From Eledone cirrhosa (lineage: Eukaryota): 64,000 nucleotides of DNA. The translations under genes were made by a program, and so were the position numbers. The stretch lies in NCBI GenBank assembly GCA_964016885.1, contig OZ024741.1:178002001-178066000 (forward strand), read 5' to 3'. This document shows positions 11,056 to 23,099 of the stretch, one piece after another. Every line of letters begins with the position of its first letter. Within the stretch, counting starts at the first letter, position 1. The notes under the pieces are model-generated. The model ran no database searches. It was not told the DNA's origin and was given only the letters and a program-made list of their open reading frames with translations.

Positions 11056-14000
11056 ATGACCTCACTCAGAATAGGCAGCATAAATGCGCGTGGCTTGGGG
11101 TCGTCATGGAAGCAGGGTCACCTGCTCAACGACCTCAGGTCACTAAACATAGATGTAGTGGCCATCAGCGAGACCAGAATCTCCGAAGCACGGGCCTTCG
11201 CACCGATCTTCGGCGGCTACGATGTGTACGCATCTCCCAGCCGTCCTGGATCGGGTGGAGGAGTTGCTGTGCTTTTTCGGAGAGGTTTGGATCTCGCCAT
11301 ACGGGCCATCTTCCTGGACCCAGAGGGTAAGCTGGTGGTGCTGGACGTGACCAGCGGAGACGGGCAAGCTTTCAGGCTAGTGGCCGTCTATGCCCCGACA
11401 GGAGCAGGGCGGCCTGATTTCTTCCGGCGTCTGGAGACCTTTCTTGGAACGTCCCGCTCTTTAGTGTTAGTGGGCGACTGGAACGGGATCTTAGATGCAC
11501 GCTGGGACTGTGTGGGATTAGCGGATAGGGGTGGAGGGTGCAAGAGCCTCACCAACCTGCTCAGGCGTTTTGAACTGTCTGACAGGTACCGATTGGATTT
11601 CCCGAATGTGCCAATGTGGACTTGGACAAACCGCATAGGGTCATCCAGATCATATCTAGATAGAGTATTTTGTAGGGAAATAGATAGGTCTAGCATAGGC
11701 TGTCCACAATTCAAGATAGTCAGCTACACGGACCACAAATTCGTGACCTGTGTGCTTGACTTAGATAGGCTTCATAGACGAGGACCCGGCTACTGGAAGC
11801 TAAACGCGTCCTTACCAGCGCGCAAGGCCTACAGAGACCGGATTAGCGAACTAGTTAAGCGGGCGTTGACGGGGGCCATCGTCAACAACAAGTGGTGGTT
11901 TGCTCTGAAAAGAGCGATTAGAATAGAATCGATTAGGTTTAGTAAGGCTTTAGCAATAGAGAAAAATAGAGCAGAGGGAGAACTAGTTAGAAAATTAGAC
12001 GAGGCGCTTAGCAAAGGCATTGCGACCGACGTGCTTGCGGCGAAATTGGCCCTTGACCAATTCTTCAATGCAAAGCACGAAGGCTGCGTTGTCAGAGCTA
12101 GGGTGCGTGCTCTCAGACACGAGGGGACGAAAGCCGTTCAATGGGCCCGAGTGGCGGAGGCGCGTCGTGGCAACAAAGCCACGATCCGGTCTTTGGTGGA
12201 CCACGACGGGCGCATGCTACTCGATCCCGGGCAAATGTGTGAAGCTTTTCAGCGACACTTCGCTCAGCTGTTCGGGGGCAGAGGGGGGCCGAGTAGAGGG
12301 ATGGACTTTAGTGTCTACCTCGACGGACTGCCGCGGCTCTCGGCCACTGAGGCGAAGTGTTGCGAAAAGCCGATAACAGCCGCTGAAGTACGGGAGGCAA
12401 TGACTGGCTGCACAAGGGGTAAATCGCCTGGTTTGGATGGTCTGCCCTATGAACTTTACGTACAGATGCCAGACTTGTTCGGAGGCCTCTTGGCGGACGT
12501 CTACTGCAACTGGCAACAGAACGGGAGAATTCCCAGTTCTGTGAGCCGAGGAGCGGTGGCACTGCTGAGAAAGGATCCGAACAAGGGGGATAACATAGAC
12601 AATTTCCGGCCCATAACTCTGCTAAACACAGAGTTTAAGATTTTGGCCAAGGTGCTAGCAAAGAGGTTGGCGCTTGTCGTTGGTGGTCTGGTGGGAGAGG
12701 CGCAGACATGCGCCATTCCCGACAGATCCATCCACGACAACCTCCACCTCATGCGATACATCGTAGAGAGGGTAGCTAGGGAACCTGGCACGGGTGGGTC
12801 CTTGATCAATTTAGATCAGTCGAAAGCTTTCGATAGGGTCGACCATCGTTACCTAGCGGCCGTCCTGAGGGCGGCTGGCTTTGGGCCCGTCTTCAGAGGC
12901 TGGATCGCTGCCATGCACAGCGACATCTGCTCTGTGGTGAGAGTGAACGGTCACCTGTCGGAACCGTTCAACATCATGCGCTCGGTCCGCCAAGGATGTC
13001 CCCTCTCGTCCCTCTTGTACGTATTGACTCTCGAGCCATTACTGCACAAACTGGAGACGTTGAGGGGAGTCCCGCGCGAACTAGGATGCGGAAGATCCGT
13101 GTCAGCATATGCGGACGATGTCACCGTAGTGGTGTCGAACGCCAAACACATCGAGGCGATCGGCACTACACTAAGAGAATACGAAGCGGTGACAGGAGCA
13201 ATGATCAACCAGGAAAAGTCAGTGGGCCTGCAGCTCGGCACCTGGAGAGGCAGGTCCATGCCGTCCAACAGCGTCGTCGGGCGCTGGACGGACGGACCGG
13301 TTAAATTGCTAGGGGTCTGGTTCGGTCCGGACCTCCAGACGGACAAAAACTGGGACGAGGTGACGAGCAGGGTGGCTTCTCTCACCCAGAAATGGGCGGA
13401 GAGGAAGCTATCCCTGAAAGGTCGAGCGGAGGTGGCTAACGCGTACATCGCGTCTGTCATCTGCTACCGCCTAACCGTCGTACCTTGTCCTAAGCCTCGC
13501 CTGACTGCGCTGGAGCGTTTGCTCTTTCGCTTTTTGTGGAAGGGACGTGCTCCGATGGTCAGGCGGTCCATCTGTTGTCAACACCCGCTACGTGGAGGGC
13601 TGGGCATGCCGTGGCTGATGATGTGCAGGCACGCGCTCAGGCTACGACATCTCCACCTCTTCCTCGACGGTGATCAGGTGTGGTCGCCGTTTGCTAGACG
13701 CGTTTTTCCCCAGCTCGTTTCCTTGACGGAGCTGCAGTCCTGGGTCAAGCGAAGACCGAGAGGGAGCGCCTGGAGACTGGAATGTCTTCAGGCGCTCACC
13801 GCCCTCGACCAATCGGGCAATGTGATCGGTGGAAACTCCACCTCGGCGTTCTATAGAGGATTAGTGGAGGGGAAGAGCGACGACGTACTTGGGGAAACTC
13901 TAGGCGTCGACGAAAATCAACTAGCCAATCTCTTCGGAAGAACTTTCGGGCCAGGGCCTATGGACAACTTCCAGAAATCTCTGGCCTGGCAGTGCTACCG

Positions 14001-14475
14001 AGGAGCCTTGCCAGTTCGGGATAAACTCTACAGGCATGGAGGTGCCGTCAGCCGGGCATGTCCGAGATGCGCGCAGGGCGACGAAACCGTCCTGCACGCA
14101 CTCGTCCAGTGTCCGAAAATTGCTGACTTGTGGGTTTATGTCGAACACCTGCTGTAGCGTTTAGGACGGATCCAGCTATCATCTGAGTCTATCGTGAGGA
14201 TTGCCCCGCCCTCTTCCTTTAGCCGGGAAGGGCAGGCAGTTTTTATCTGTCTGGTGGCCATGGCGAAAGAGATAGTATGGTGGACACGTTTGAAAGGGCT
14301 GAAGACGAGCACTTACCTCTTCGGTGATGCTCTGATTGACTTTTTCAAATTTCATTTAAAAAGGAAAATCAGAGTAGAGAAGGAAGTGCTCTCTTCCCAG
14401 CATTTTGTTGAAAGATGGGTGAGAGAAGCAAGAATGGCCCGAGTGAATGGGCCGACTCTGAGTATATATCTGTAA
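11056..14475 (+). pseudogene. LINE ORF2 (APE endonuclease + reverse transcriptase + C-terminal zinc finger) with one premature stop at 14155-14157
   Basis: Motifs SINARGL, ISET, VYAP, GDWN, YLDR, TDH (APE); KSPGLDG, FRPITLLN, LDQSKAFDRV, VRQGCPLS, AYADD (RT); CPRC...ETVLHALVQC. ORF 14194-14475 is in the same frame after the TAG. Confidence 0.95.
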
Positions 14476-14757
14476 ACTAAAGGTGGAAAACTGGGAGAGG
14501 GCACTTGCCTTGGTGGTCAGGGTCATTGTGGCTTTTTACTGGGCTTTCTCCACATATGTCCCTCCGAAGTCTCCCCCCTATTGGGGAATTTTTCATTGTT
14601 ATTTTCATTGTTATTTTTGTTACATCCTCTGTTTTTGTTTTTTTACACGCAGAAATGCCCATTTGTACCGTCCTGCATTGTCCTGCACTGTCCTTAATGT
14701 CTACTTTATGTAAACCCTTGTGGTTAATAAGGAAATCATTATTATTATTATTATTAC

Positions 14758-14802
<45 letters not shown>

Positions 14803-14872
14803 ATATAGCAAACAGCACGAATACTCTTTTATTCCTAATTAAACCATTTTTCAGCATTTTCTATTCCGTTTA

Positions 14873-15143
<271 letters not shown>

Positions 15144-15447
15144 AACATAGTTATTTTGCTGTTGCACGAGCCAATACATTCATTTCCTACCCTTGTGAAA
15201 TCGTGTGAAACCATTTTCAGTCTAATAGATGATGAGTCATGAAAAGGTCGGTGTGATCTGGTATTGTCCAATTTCTTCCCTTTCCACTTCATCCAATCAC
15301 TTTTGCGGGCCAAGACATTTCTAGCCGTTGTTGTCTGACTTTTGATGTAAAGTTTTCCCTCGGCTAACATTGTCAGCATTTTGCTGTTTTAACAGCTTCC
15401 TTGCGTTGACCTGTTCCCATTAGTCTACGAATATATATATAGTCACA

Positions 15448-15487
<40 letters not shown>

Positions 15488-15578
15488 CGAAGGAAATGTG
15501 GTAAGGAACCAGGTGGACCATAACGCACCAAAGTACTCAATACTTGAGGTAGTAGAGTGGGTAATAGGAACCAGTAAG

Positions 15579-15672
15579 ACCCCGACAGCTGAGCTCAAGC
15601 CGTTTCGACGGCTAATTCTGGACTAAATGAAAATTTATCCTGGTATTTAAATAGCCGATCTTCTCAAGGGGT
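15579..15672 (-). ncRNA. Variant type I hammerhead (U3-A8 core) in PLE terminal repeat
   Basis: Reverse complement of the motif at 18148-18241. Confidence 0.75.
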
Positions 15673-16782
15673 AATTCCATATATGGTCAAAGTGATTGTC
15701 AAAAATCAGTAGTAATTCTGTGGTTGCAAATTAGTAGGGGAGATGGTGGCTAAACCTGCCAGTAGGAGAAAGAGGGGAGGGGGTGGAGTAGACCCAATCA
15801 AGCGTTGGTAGTGCCAGCTACAGCTGGGCATGAGGTCAAAGAAGATACAGGGGAGGGGGAGGGGGAGGAAGTCGGAACGGTAGGTAGAACAATGGGGGGT
15901 AGAAATATATAGGAAAGAAAAAATACTGAGAGTGAAGAAAAGCAAATAAGTGTAAAGAAAAAAGTAAAGTAAATTAAATTCTACGACCTAGGTCTCAGGC
16001 TATTGCTAGGCTAGAATAAAATAAATAAAGAAAGAAAGAAGTAAAGAAATAAATAAATAAAGAAATAACGAAATAAGTAAAAGAACTAGGTGGGACGGAT
16101 TAGGCAAGGACCCTTTTAAGAGGTATAAGTACGTAAATGATACGGTGACGGGTCAACAAAAGGGGCCAAAATATTAAAGAGACTACCACGAAATAAACAA
16201 TAAAGGTTTCCATCCCGGGCCAGCAACGACCCAGTGCAGCAAAGTGAACTTGTACGAGATAATAATTCTGAGTCCCGAGAAAAATATATACTAATGCTAA
16301 CTCTAAAAGATCTAAAACAAGCTACATGAAAGTTCGTACGAAATAAAGGTAGAATACGGAGAAATAAATTCAGAATCCACCCCGCCCAGAACAAAAGCGA
16401 AGCAAGAAATACTGAAACGAAAAAATAAGGCATAAGTGCCACTAAGAAATATAGAAGGCACAGAGAATAGTGGGAGCGGTCGGAAAAAGGGGGCAAGTAT
16501 CCGGGGTCTAAGCCAACTGCTATAAAGGGCGGAGTCCGCCAAATCTATCATAGACTAGGGGAGGGTGTGGGGGGTACTAAGGCTACATGGGGCCAAAGGG
16601 CAGCCTCGGGTGGGCGAGAAAAGACGCCGACAAAGGAGAAGAGCTGGGGTAGAAGGACTAAGGAGAGAGGGGGGAAGGAAATAAAGGAAGCGATAAAAGA
16701 ATACAAAGAAGATCTTACGTCTTCCTTGGCAAGCAGGGGTTACCCATTGCAAAATCGGCAAGTGGGGTGTTATAGCCCTAGT

Positions 16783-17448
16783 CTACCCCCCCCCCCCCCC
16801 CCCCGGGTCATTATGGGGTTTGAGGGCGAGGTAAGTCCTACGCAATCTATGTTTACATGCAGTAACCAGTTCATCTTTCTTGTTTAGGAGTTGGTCCGTC
16901 GAAAACAGCATTTGTAAAGTTTCCTCCGAGCATAAATTGCACGGACGGCGTCCTCCCGTGTAAGAATTGGCTCTGGACAGTAATCTCCAAGTGAGATCAT
17001 AGGTGATGTTGTTGTCCTTGAGGTCCCATATGTGGCCCGAAAGTGTAGTGGCGTGACGCCGGGCCGGGTTTCGGAAGGTATGTCTATGTTGGTATAGCCG
17101 GGTCTTGAAGTCACATGCGGTAAGTCCTATATAGGCTTTGTTGGAGGTATCCGTCCTCACGTTGCACTGGTAGATCACATTACGGTCTCTGCATCTATTG
17201 TCGAGTGGGCAAATAGATCTATCCGGGCAGTTACACCTCCTGGTCGGTTCTCCACTGCTATTTAGGTTATTTCTGCCATCGGGCTTGAGTTTTTTGTTGT
17301 TAGAGGAGACGATGTTTTGTGCGAAGTTTGGTGTAGTGCTGTAAGAGAGTTTGATGGTATTTTTGTTAATTATGTTGTGGTAGCGGTGTTGTAATGGGAA
17401 GTGTTTTTCAATGAGCCTAAAGAATAGTTTCCCGATGGGAATTGTCAC
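16783..17448 (-). CDS. PLE C-terminal linker + GIY-YIG endonuclease (5'-truncated fragment)
   Basis: KLSYS, CNCPDRSICPLDNRC, VIYQC...YIG, FKTR, CNLCSEE, LLNKKDE, CKH. Confidence 0.9.
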   Translation of the reverse strand: MTIPIGKLFFRLIEKHFPLQHRYHNIINKNTIKLSYSTTPNFAQNIVSSNNKKLKPDGRNNLNSSGEPTRRCNCPDRSICPLDNRCRDRNVIYQCNVRTDTSNKAYIGLTACDFKTRLYQHRHTFRNPARRHATTLSGHIWDLKDNNITYDLTWRLLSRANSYTGGRRPCNLCSEETLQMLFSTDQLLNKKDELVTACKHRLRRTYLALKPHNDPGGGGGG

Positions 17449-18147
17449 CTTATTTATTTCTCCGTATTCTACCTTTATTTCGTACGAACTTTCATGTAGC
17501 TTGTTTTAGATCTTTTAGAGTTAGCATTAGTATATATTTTTCTCGGGACTCAGAATTATTATCTCGTACAAGTTCACTTTGCTGCACTGGGTCGTTGCTG
17601 GCCCGGGATGGAAACCTTTATTGTTTATTTCGTGGTAGTCTCTTTAGTATTTTGGCCCCTTTTGTTGACCCGTCACCGTATCATTTACGTACTTATACCT
17701 CTTAAAAGGGTCCTTGCCTAATCCGTCCCACCTAGTTCTTTTACTTATTTCGTTATTTCTTTATTTATTTATTTCTTTACTTCTTTCTTTCTTTATTTAT
17801 TTTATTCTAGCCTAGCAATAGCCTGAGACCTAGGTCGTAGAATTTAATTTACTTTACTTTTTTCTTTACACTTATTTGCTTTTCTTCACTCTCAGTATTT
17901 TTTCTTTCCTATATATTTCTACCCCCCATTGTTCTACCTCCGTTCCGACTTCCTCCCCCTCCCCCTCCCCTGTATCTTCTTTGACCTCATGCCCAGCTGT
18001 AGCTGGCACTACCAACGCTTGATTGGGTCTACTCCACCCCCTCCCCTCTTTCTCCTACTGGCAGGTTTAGCCACCATCTCCCCTACTAATTTGCAACCAC
18101 AGAATTACTACTGATTTTTGACAATCACTTTGACCATATATGGAATT

Positions 18148-18241
18148 ACCCCTTGAGAAGATCGGCTATTTAAATACCAGGATAAATTTTCATTTAGTCC
18201 AGAATTAGCCGTCGAAACGGCTTGAGCTCAGCTGTCGGGGT
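18148..18241 (+). ncRNA. Variant type I hammerhead (U3-A8 core), predicted cleavage after C18236
   Basis: acccc-TTGAGAA-gatcggcta...tagccgtc-GAAA-cggct(tgagctc)agctg-TC-ggggt; all three stems pair. Confidence 0.75.
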
Positions 18242-18754
18242 CTTACTGGTTCCTATATATATATATATATATATATGTCTAACATTTTGAATGACCCTCC
18301 AAAAACCGGGGGTTGCTTCCCTTGCTGGAATTAACACGTGACAACTATAGATACGATACGCTGCATTTATCAGCAACATTAACCTATCACCCCTTTCTGA
18401 GTAGAAAGAATAGACTGGTGAAAAACTGAATCCTCCGTTCGATCATGAATACCACGAGCTCGCCAGTCACGTAAGTCTGATATTTGATTTCGGATTTCAA
18501 AGAAACACTTTAAACGTATAATCGTTTGATTTGTCCAGGTGTATTTTTCTCAACCTGTTAGTTCTATCGTTACTTTGGTATATTATTGTGTGTTAGATAT
18601 TGCCTACCACAATGTTCGATTTGTCAAGCTATTTAAACGTATGTTATTACTCTAAGGACCTAACTTATCGAGTGCTTTGCTAACTCATCATTTCATATAA
18701 GTAGGCCGATTTTGCTTGCAATCGCCAGAGATTCTATTTTATTAAATTTCCAAT

Positions 18755-18818
<64 letters not shown>

Positions 18819-19438
18819 AGTATGTATGTATGTATACGTACATACATATATGTATACAGACATACAGTAGTATGTATATATATACATACATGCAGACATA
18901 TATATATGCACGTATCAGTTTACCACACATTTATTCTAATGCTCGGTTTGTTTGTTTGTAAACAAAAAAAACAGCCCGAATTACGCCGTACCTCGGGCTG
19001 TTTTTAGGCAACCACGTCACCTTTTTGTTCAACACTGACACAGGAACGATGTACTAGTTTCAAGCTTATTAGCTATCATCAGCATCGTATACCTTCCTGC
19101 CAGATGGTTGAACGTCTGAAAGTATATAATTTCCTTATGCATATTAACGGCTGAGCAGCTTAATTTGCATATCGAGTGAGTTCAGTTGGCCGGGCGCACC
19201 GAAAACGATAAATGGAATAGAATGAAACGAAATTTCATTTCTCACTCTTAGTACGGCTGATACTTAAATGTATGTATGTATAGGTACATACATATGTGTA
19301 TACAGACGTACAGTAGTATGTATATATATACATACATGCACACATACATATATGTACGTATGGGTTTACCGAACATTTGTAAGAGCTTCTCATAAACACA
19401 TTTTAAAGGCTTGCTGCTCTTTCATCAATTTCTTTGAT

Positions 19439-19439
<1 letters not shown>

Positions 19440-19517
<78 letters not shown>

Positions 19518-19547
19518 CTGTGTGTGTATGTGTGTGTGTATGTGTGT

Positions 19548-19620
<73 letters not shown>
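19440..19620. repeat. (TA)n-(TG)n compound microsatellite
   Basis: Direct reading. Confidence 0.95.
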
Positions 19621-19622
<2 letters not shown>

Positions 19623-19700
19623 CTTGTACTTTCGATTCCTGGAAAGGGCGATGCGTTATGTCCTTCAGCAAGACACTTTATTTCACGCTGTTCCTTCTAC
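19620..19700 (+). mobile_element. Fragment of SINE family B
   Basis: ttcgattcc B-box-like motif followed by tgtccttcagcaagacactttatttcacg, matching the minus strand of 25790-26045. Confidence 0.55.
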
Positions 19701-19929
19701 TCGGATAGTACTAGCAATTGGAAAGACCAACGGAAACTTTGTTTTCTCGGTCCGATTTGACGAAAGTCGATTGACTGTCGATATATATGTATACTCACAC
19801 ATACATATATAGTAGTAAGAATCTCTCAGGAGAGTGTTTCGTCCCTTAGCATCTTACACTCTCAGGGGGCTGGACGTTTCTAGGTAATGTCTCCTCAGCC
19901 CCCTTCTGCTAATATTTAACCATTGGTAT

Positions 19930-21160
19930 ATTGGAGATTTGTCGTTTATTTAAACAGTATGGAGATTTTGTTGACATGATTTAGCTGGAAATCATTTCCG
20001 TTGCCTCTGCTTTTAAACATATTCAAACGCTTTCTTGTGCTGGAAACATAAACCTTTTAGTCATAGTAACGGTTAGAATTAAACGGTAACACAGACGCCT
20101 CCAACACTTCAACCACGAGTAACCCAGTTTATTCACATAGCGGTCGCTAAAATACGACCTCAGCCCCTAGTTCATTTTCCTCCTCCTTGTAACTCAATTC
20201 ACTGTCCTCGATATTGCCTTGAGGGCTTTGGTCCGCGACTACAGAGTTACTGAAAGTTGTTTCATGAGATCGTAGGTTTATTTGCCCACAGCGCCCCTGG
20301 TTCCAACCTCTATGTCGACAACTTTGACTCTTCAGTAGGCTTCCTTCAGGCTGTTGGCGTATTTTAGGTCTTGAACAGGTGTGCTTCTTCTTATCTACTT
20401 TCGGATGGTACGGTAAGTTCAATCTAAATCAGCGGCTTTGGGGGACTGAATTGGAGGATGCCCGACTTCAAACAACACTTTCTGACGATTTCTAATTGTT
20501 ATGCTGATCCTGGGAGGATTTCCGTATGCTCGAAGTCGTCCACACCACTCAGACCTGTGCCATGTAAGGCATAACTCTTCCAGGCCAAGATTTGCTGCCT
20601 CCTGTTGTATATAATGCTGGAGATTCGTACTATGGGTTTTACCTTTGCCTTATTTATAATATGTACTATCTCATTCAGCACTTGATTGTGTCTCTACGTG
20701 TATCTTCCCTGGGATAGTGCTACTCTGCATGAGTTCAGAACATTTCTCACTGTCCGTATACCTCGGAAGAGTTGGCGCTTCACTTAACTGATTTGCCCCA
20801 TTTGACTAAATTCGTATTCGCGTGTACATCATAGACAGATCTGAGAAGAACACTAATTCTGAAAGGTGCCAAATGCTACAAGTCATTTCAACAGAGACAC
20901 TTCGGGTGTATACCTTCGCACATCATCCACTGGCACTGTTGGCTCTGCTGAACTGCCTTCCGAAGTCTTCTGGATCCTCTTATTTCTTCACCTCCTGTAA
21001 AACTGGATCTATCTTCATATTACCCCTGGCCGCTGACGACCTTTTTTTTTCTTGTCACACCCACTACTTGCCTAATGGCCTGGGTGTGTCCCAGTTTTCC
21101 TTCATTGCATCTACCTGTTTCTGAAATTTCAGCTGGGGCCGGATAAACGACACAACCTTG
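19930..21160 (-). mobile_element. Decayed RTE-like LINE RT remnant
   Basis: Minus-strand translation ...SIIYNRRQQILAW.. resembles the RTE TIFNKSxQILAYADD block; many stops and frameshifts. Confidence 0.5.
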
Positions 21161-21619
21161 TCTGTATAAATAATAATAATAGAGTAAAATAAAATTATTT
21201 TAGTCATATTACAAGTTAAATAGCTCAAATTCTACTAAAGTGAAATGTTTCAAAATGATGTTTTGGTGTATAATAAAAGGAAGCGCTGAAAGAAGAAAAA
21301 AAAACACTACAAATTAAACATATAATTTCCCCGACAATTTCGTGCCTATACCAAATATAATTCCCCCTGCCCTTCGTGCTTGGTTGTCGTACCGGTAAAG
21401 AAATAGATATGAATCAAGATAATTCATTTATAAATTAAGACGCGATAAACTCATCAGTAACCAATGTCTTAAAATATACCCGATGGCTCTTACGAGAATA
21501 TTTAGGTGAAAAAACTTGTATTGTTACATGTCTAGACAGAAAAAAACAACCCAACTCACAGTAAGAAAATCACACTAATATTATAAATATAATGTATATT
21601 AATGAATATATGTACATAT

Positions 21620-21683
21620 GTATGTGTATATGTGTTGGTATATATGTATGTCTGAACATATGTGCATACATGCATATATACAA

Positions 21684-21756
<73 letters not shown>

Positions 21757-21840
21757 TATATATATATGTGTGCGTGTGTGTGTGTGTTTGTGTGTGAATA
21801 TATAAATAATTATACATGTATATATATGTATATACGTATT

Positions 21841-21889
<49 letters not shown>

Positions 21890-22012
21890 TGTATATGCAA
21901 ATATATATATATGTATTTATATAAATATATATATATGTGTTTATATATGCATATGTATATATGTATATGTGTGTGTGTGTGTGAGTGTGTGCGCACGTGT
22001 GTGTGTGAGTGT

Positions 22013-22045
<33 letters not shown>

Positions 22046-22057
22046 CGTGTGTGTGTA
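21620..22057. repeat. Compound (TA)n/(TG)n low-complexity region
   Basis: Direct reading. Confidence 0.9.
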
Positions 22058-22371
22058 GCTGGTCTGATCTCCGTTTAAAATCATCAAAAACAATAGAGTG
22101 GTTTGAAAAATGTTTCTTCCAGATACTTCACTCATTAAATAATCCTGATTAGAAAACATAATTCTGTTTTTTGCTAAAGGGCATTATATACATTGGTTGT
22201 CTAGTCTGCATATTGTACCAAAATACCAATGAATATATAATTACATGGTTTTCTTCCAGAAAGAATATTTATAATATGAATATGATATTACTATAGTTTT
22301 TATGTTATGACTGACGTCATACTTTGCTGGTTGCATTAACTGGCCCTTTTGTTATATAATTGATATTTCAA

Positions 22372-22478
22372 ATAATTTTTTCTACTTTAGGCACAAGGCC
22401 AGCAATTATCCAGTGCATTACTGGTACTTTAATGCCAGACTATACTCGCCTTGTGCCTATAGCAGAAATCATTATTTT
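22372..22478. mobile_element. Two SINE family A 3'-end fragments in inverted arrangement
   Basis: ttctactttaggcacaaggcc...ctggtac (minus), then gccttgtgcctatagcagaaatcattatt (plus). Confidence 0.65.
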
Positions 22479-22599
22479 CTTTAATACCTGATTATTTTCA
22501 GGCATAACGAAAAAGAAATTCTTCTTATAGAGTTGTTCCAGTTACCTCAATTAGATAAAATAAGTGATTAGGACAATGGGATTGATGAGTTAATATCTG

Positions 22600-23065
22600 T
22601 ATACAACAACTACAACGGTACGCGATGGCGCCCACCCACAGCCTCGGCAGACAGAATGGAGAAGACGTTTCCACGGAGGACGGCAGGGGAGACGCTCTGC
22701 AAAAGCCACTCCAACTCGCGGGGCTCACACATGCGGCTGGTCAGCTCAGCGCCTATGGTGGTGAGTAAGGAGTCTTGGTGCCGAGGACATCAGAAATATC
22801 CACTGCCAGGGGTACGACCGCAAACCTGTCGGAGAGCGACAGGCATTTGAGGAGTTTGGCCCTCTCTGCCCGACGTGCAGTAGAACCTAGGTCAGTCACA
22901 GACTCACCAGGTTGCGGTTGCAGAAAGGGTCGGTGCAAGTGGCATCCCAGACGAGGGGTTTGCCGCTCGAGCTGGGAAGGGAATCCTGCAGCATCCAAGC
23001 CATGCTTAATGACCTCGTTGAGGGTAGCATGGCGTGGAATGCGGCCGGCACTGTTATATCCCTAA
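22600..23065 (-). mobile_element. 5'-truncated, internally deleted CRE-like non-LTR retrotransposon (restriction-like endonuclease domain)
   Basis: GC-rich island. Minus strand across frameshifts gives SAGRIPRHATLNEVIKHGLDAAGFPSQLE, GKPLVWDATCTD and PLAVDISDVLG, typical of CRE-clade RLE domains. Confidence 0.7.
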
Positions 23066-23099
23066 CTTTTTGTCAGTCCGTCTAACATATGTATAGTTC

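Larger units (their letters stand above)
8707..14737 (+). mobile_element. Apparently full-length Tx1/L1-clade non-LTR retrotransposon embedded in (TAT)n
   Basis: Two-ORF structure (zinc-knuckle ORF1; APE-RT-zinc-finger ORF2), short 3' UTR ending aataaggaaatc, and (TAT)n tracts on both sides (8666-8706, 14738-14800). Confidence 0.92.
15487..18253 (-). mobile_element. Young 5'-truncated Penelope-like (Naiad-like) element with inverted terminal repeat
   Basis: GIY-YIG ORF on the minus strand. The ~800-bp inverted arms 15567-16369 and 17452-18253 differ at only about two positions I could see. 80-nt tail at 15487-15566; (TA)n on both sides. Confidence 0.93.

Noticed and set aside
9029-14148. Numerous antisense and alternate-frame ORFs over the Tx1 element
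   Set aside because: Shadow ORFs of GC-rich coding sequence with no recognisable motifs.
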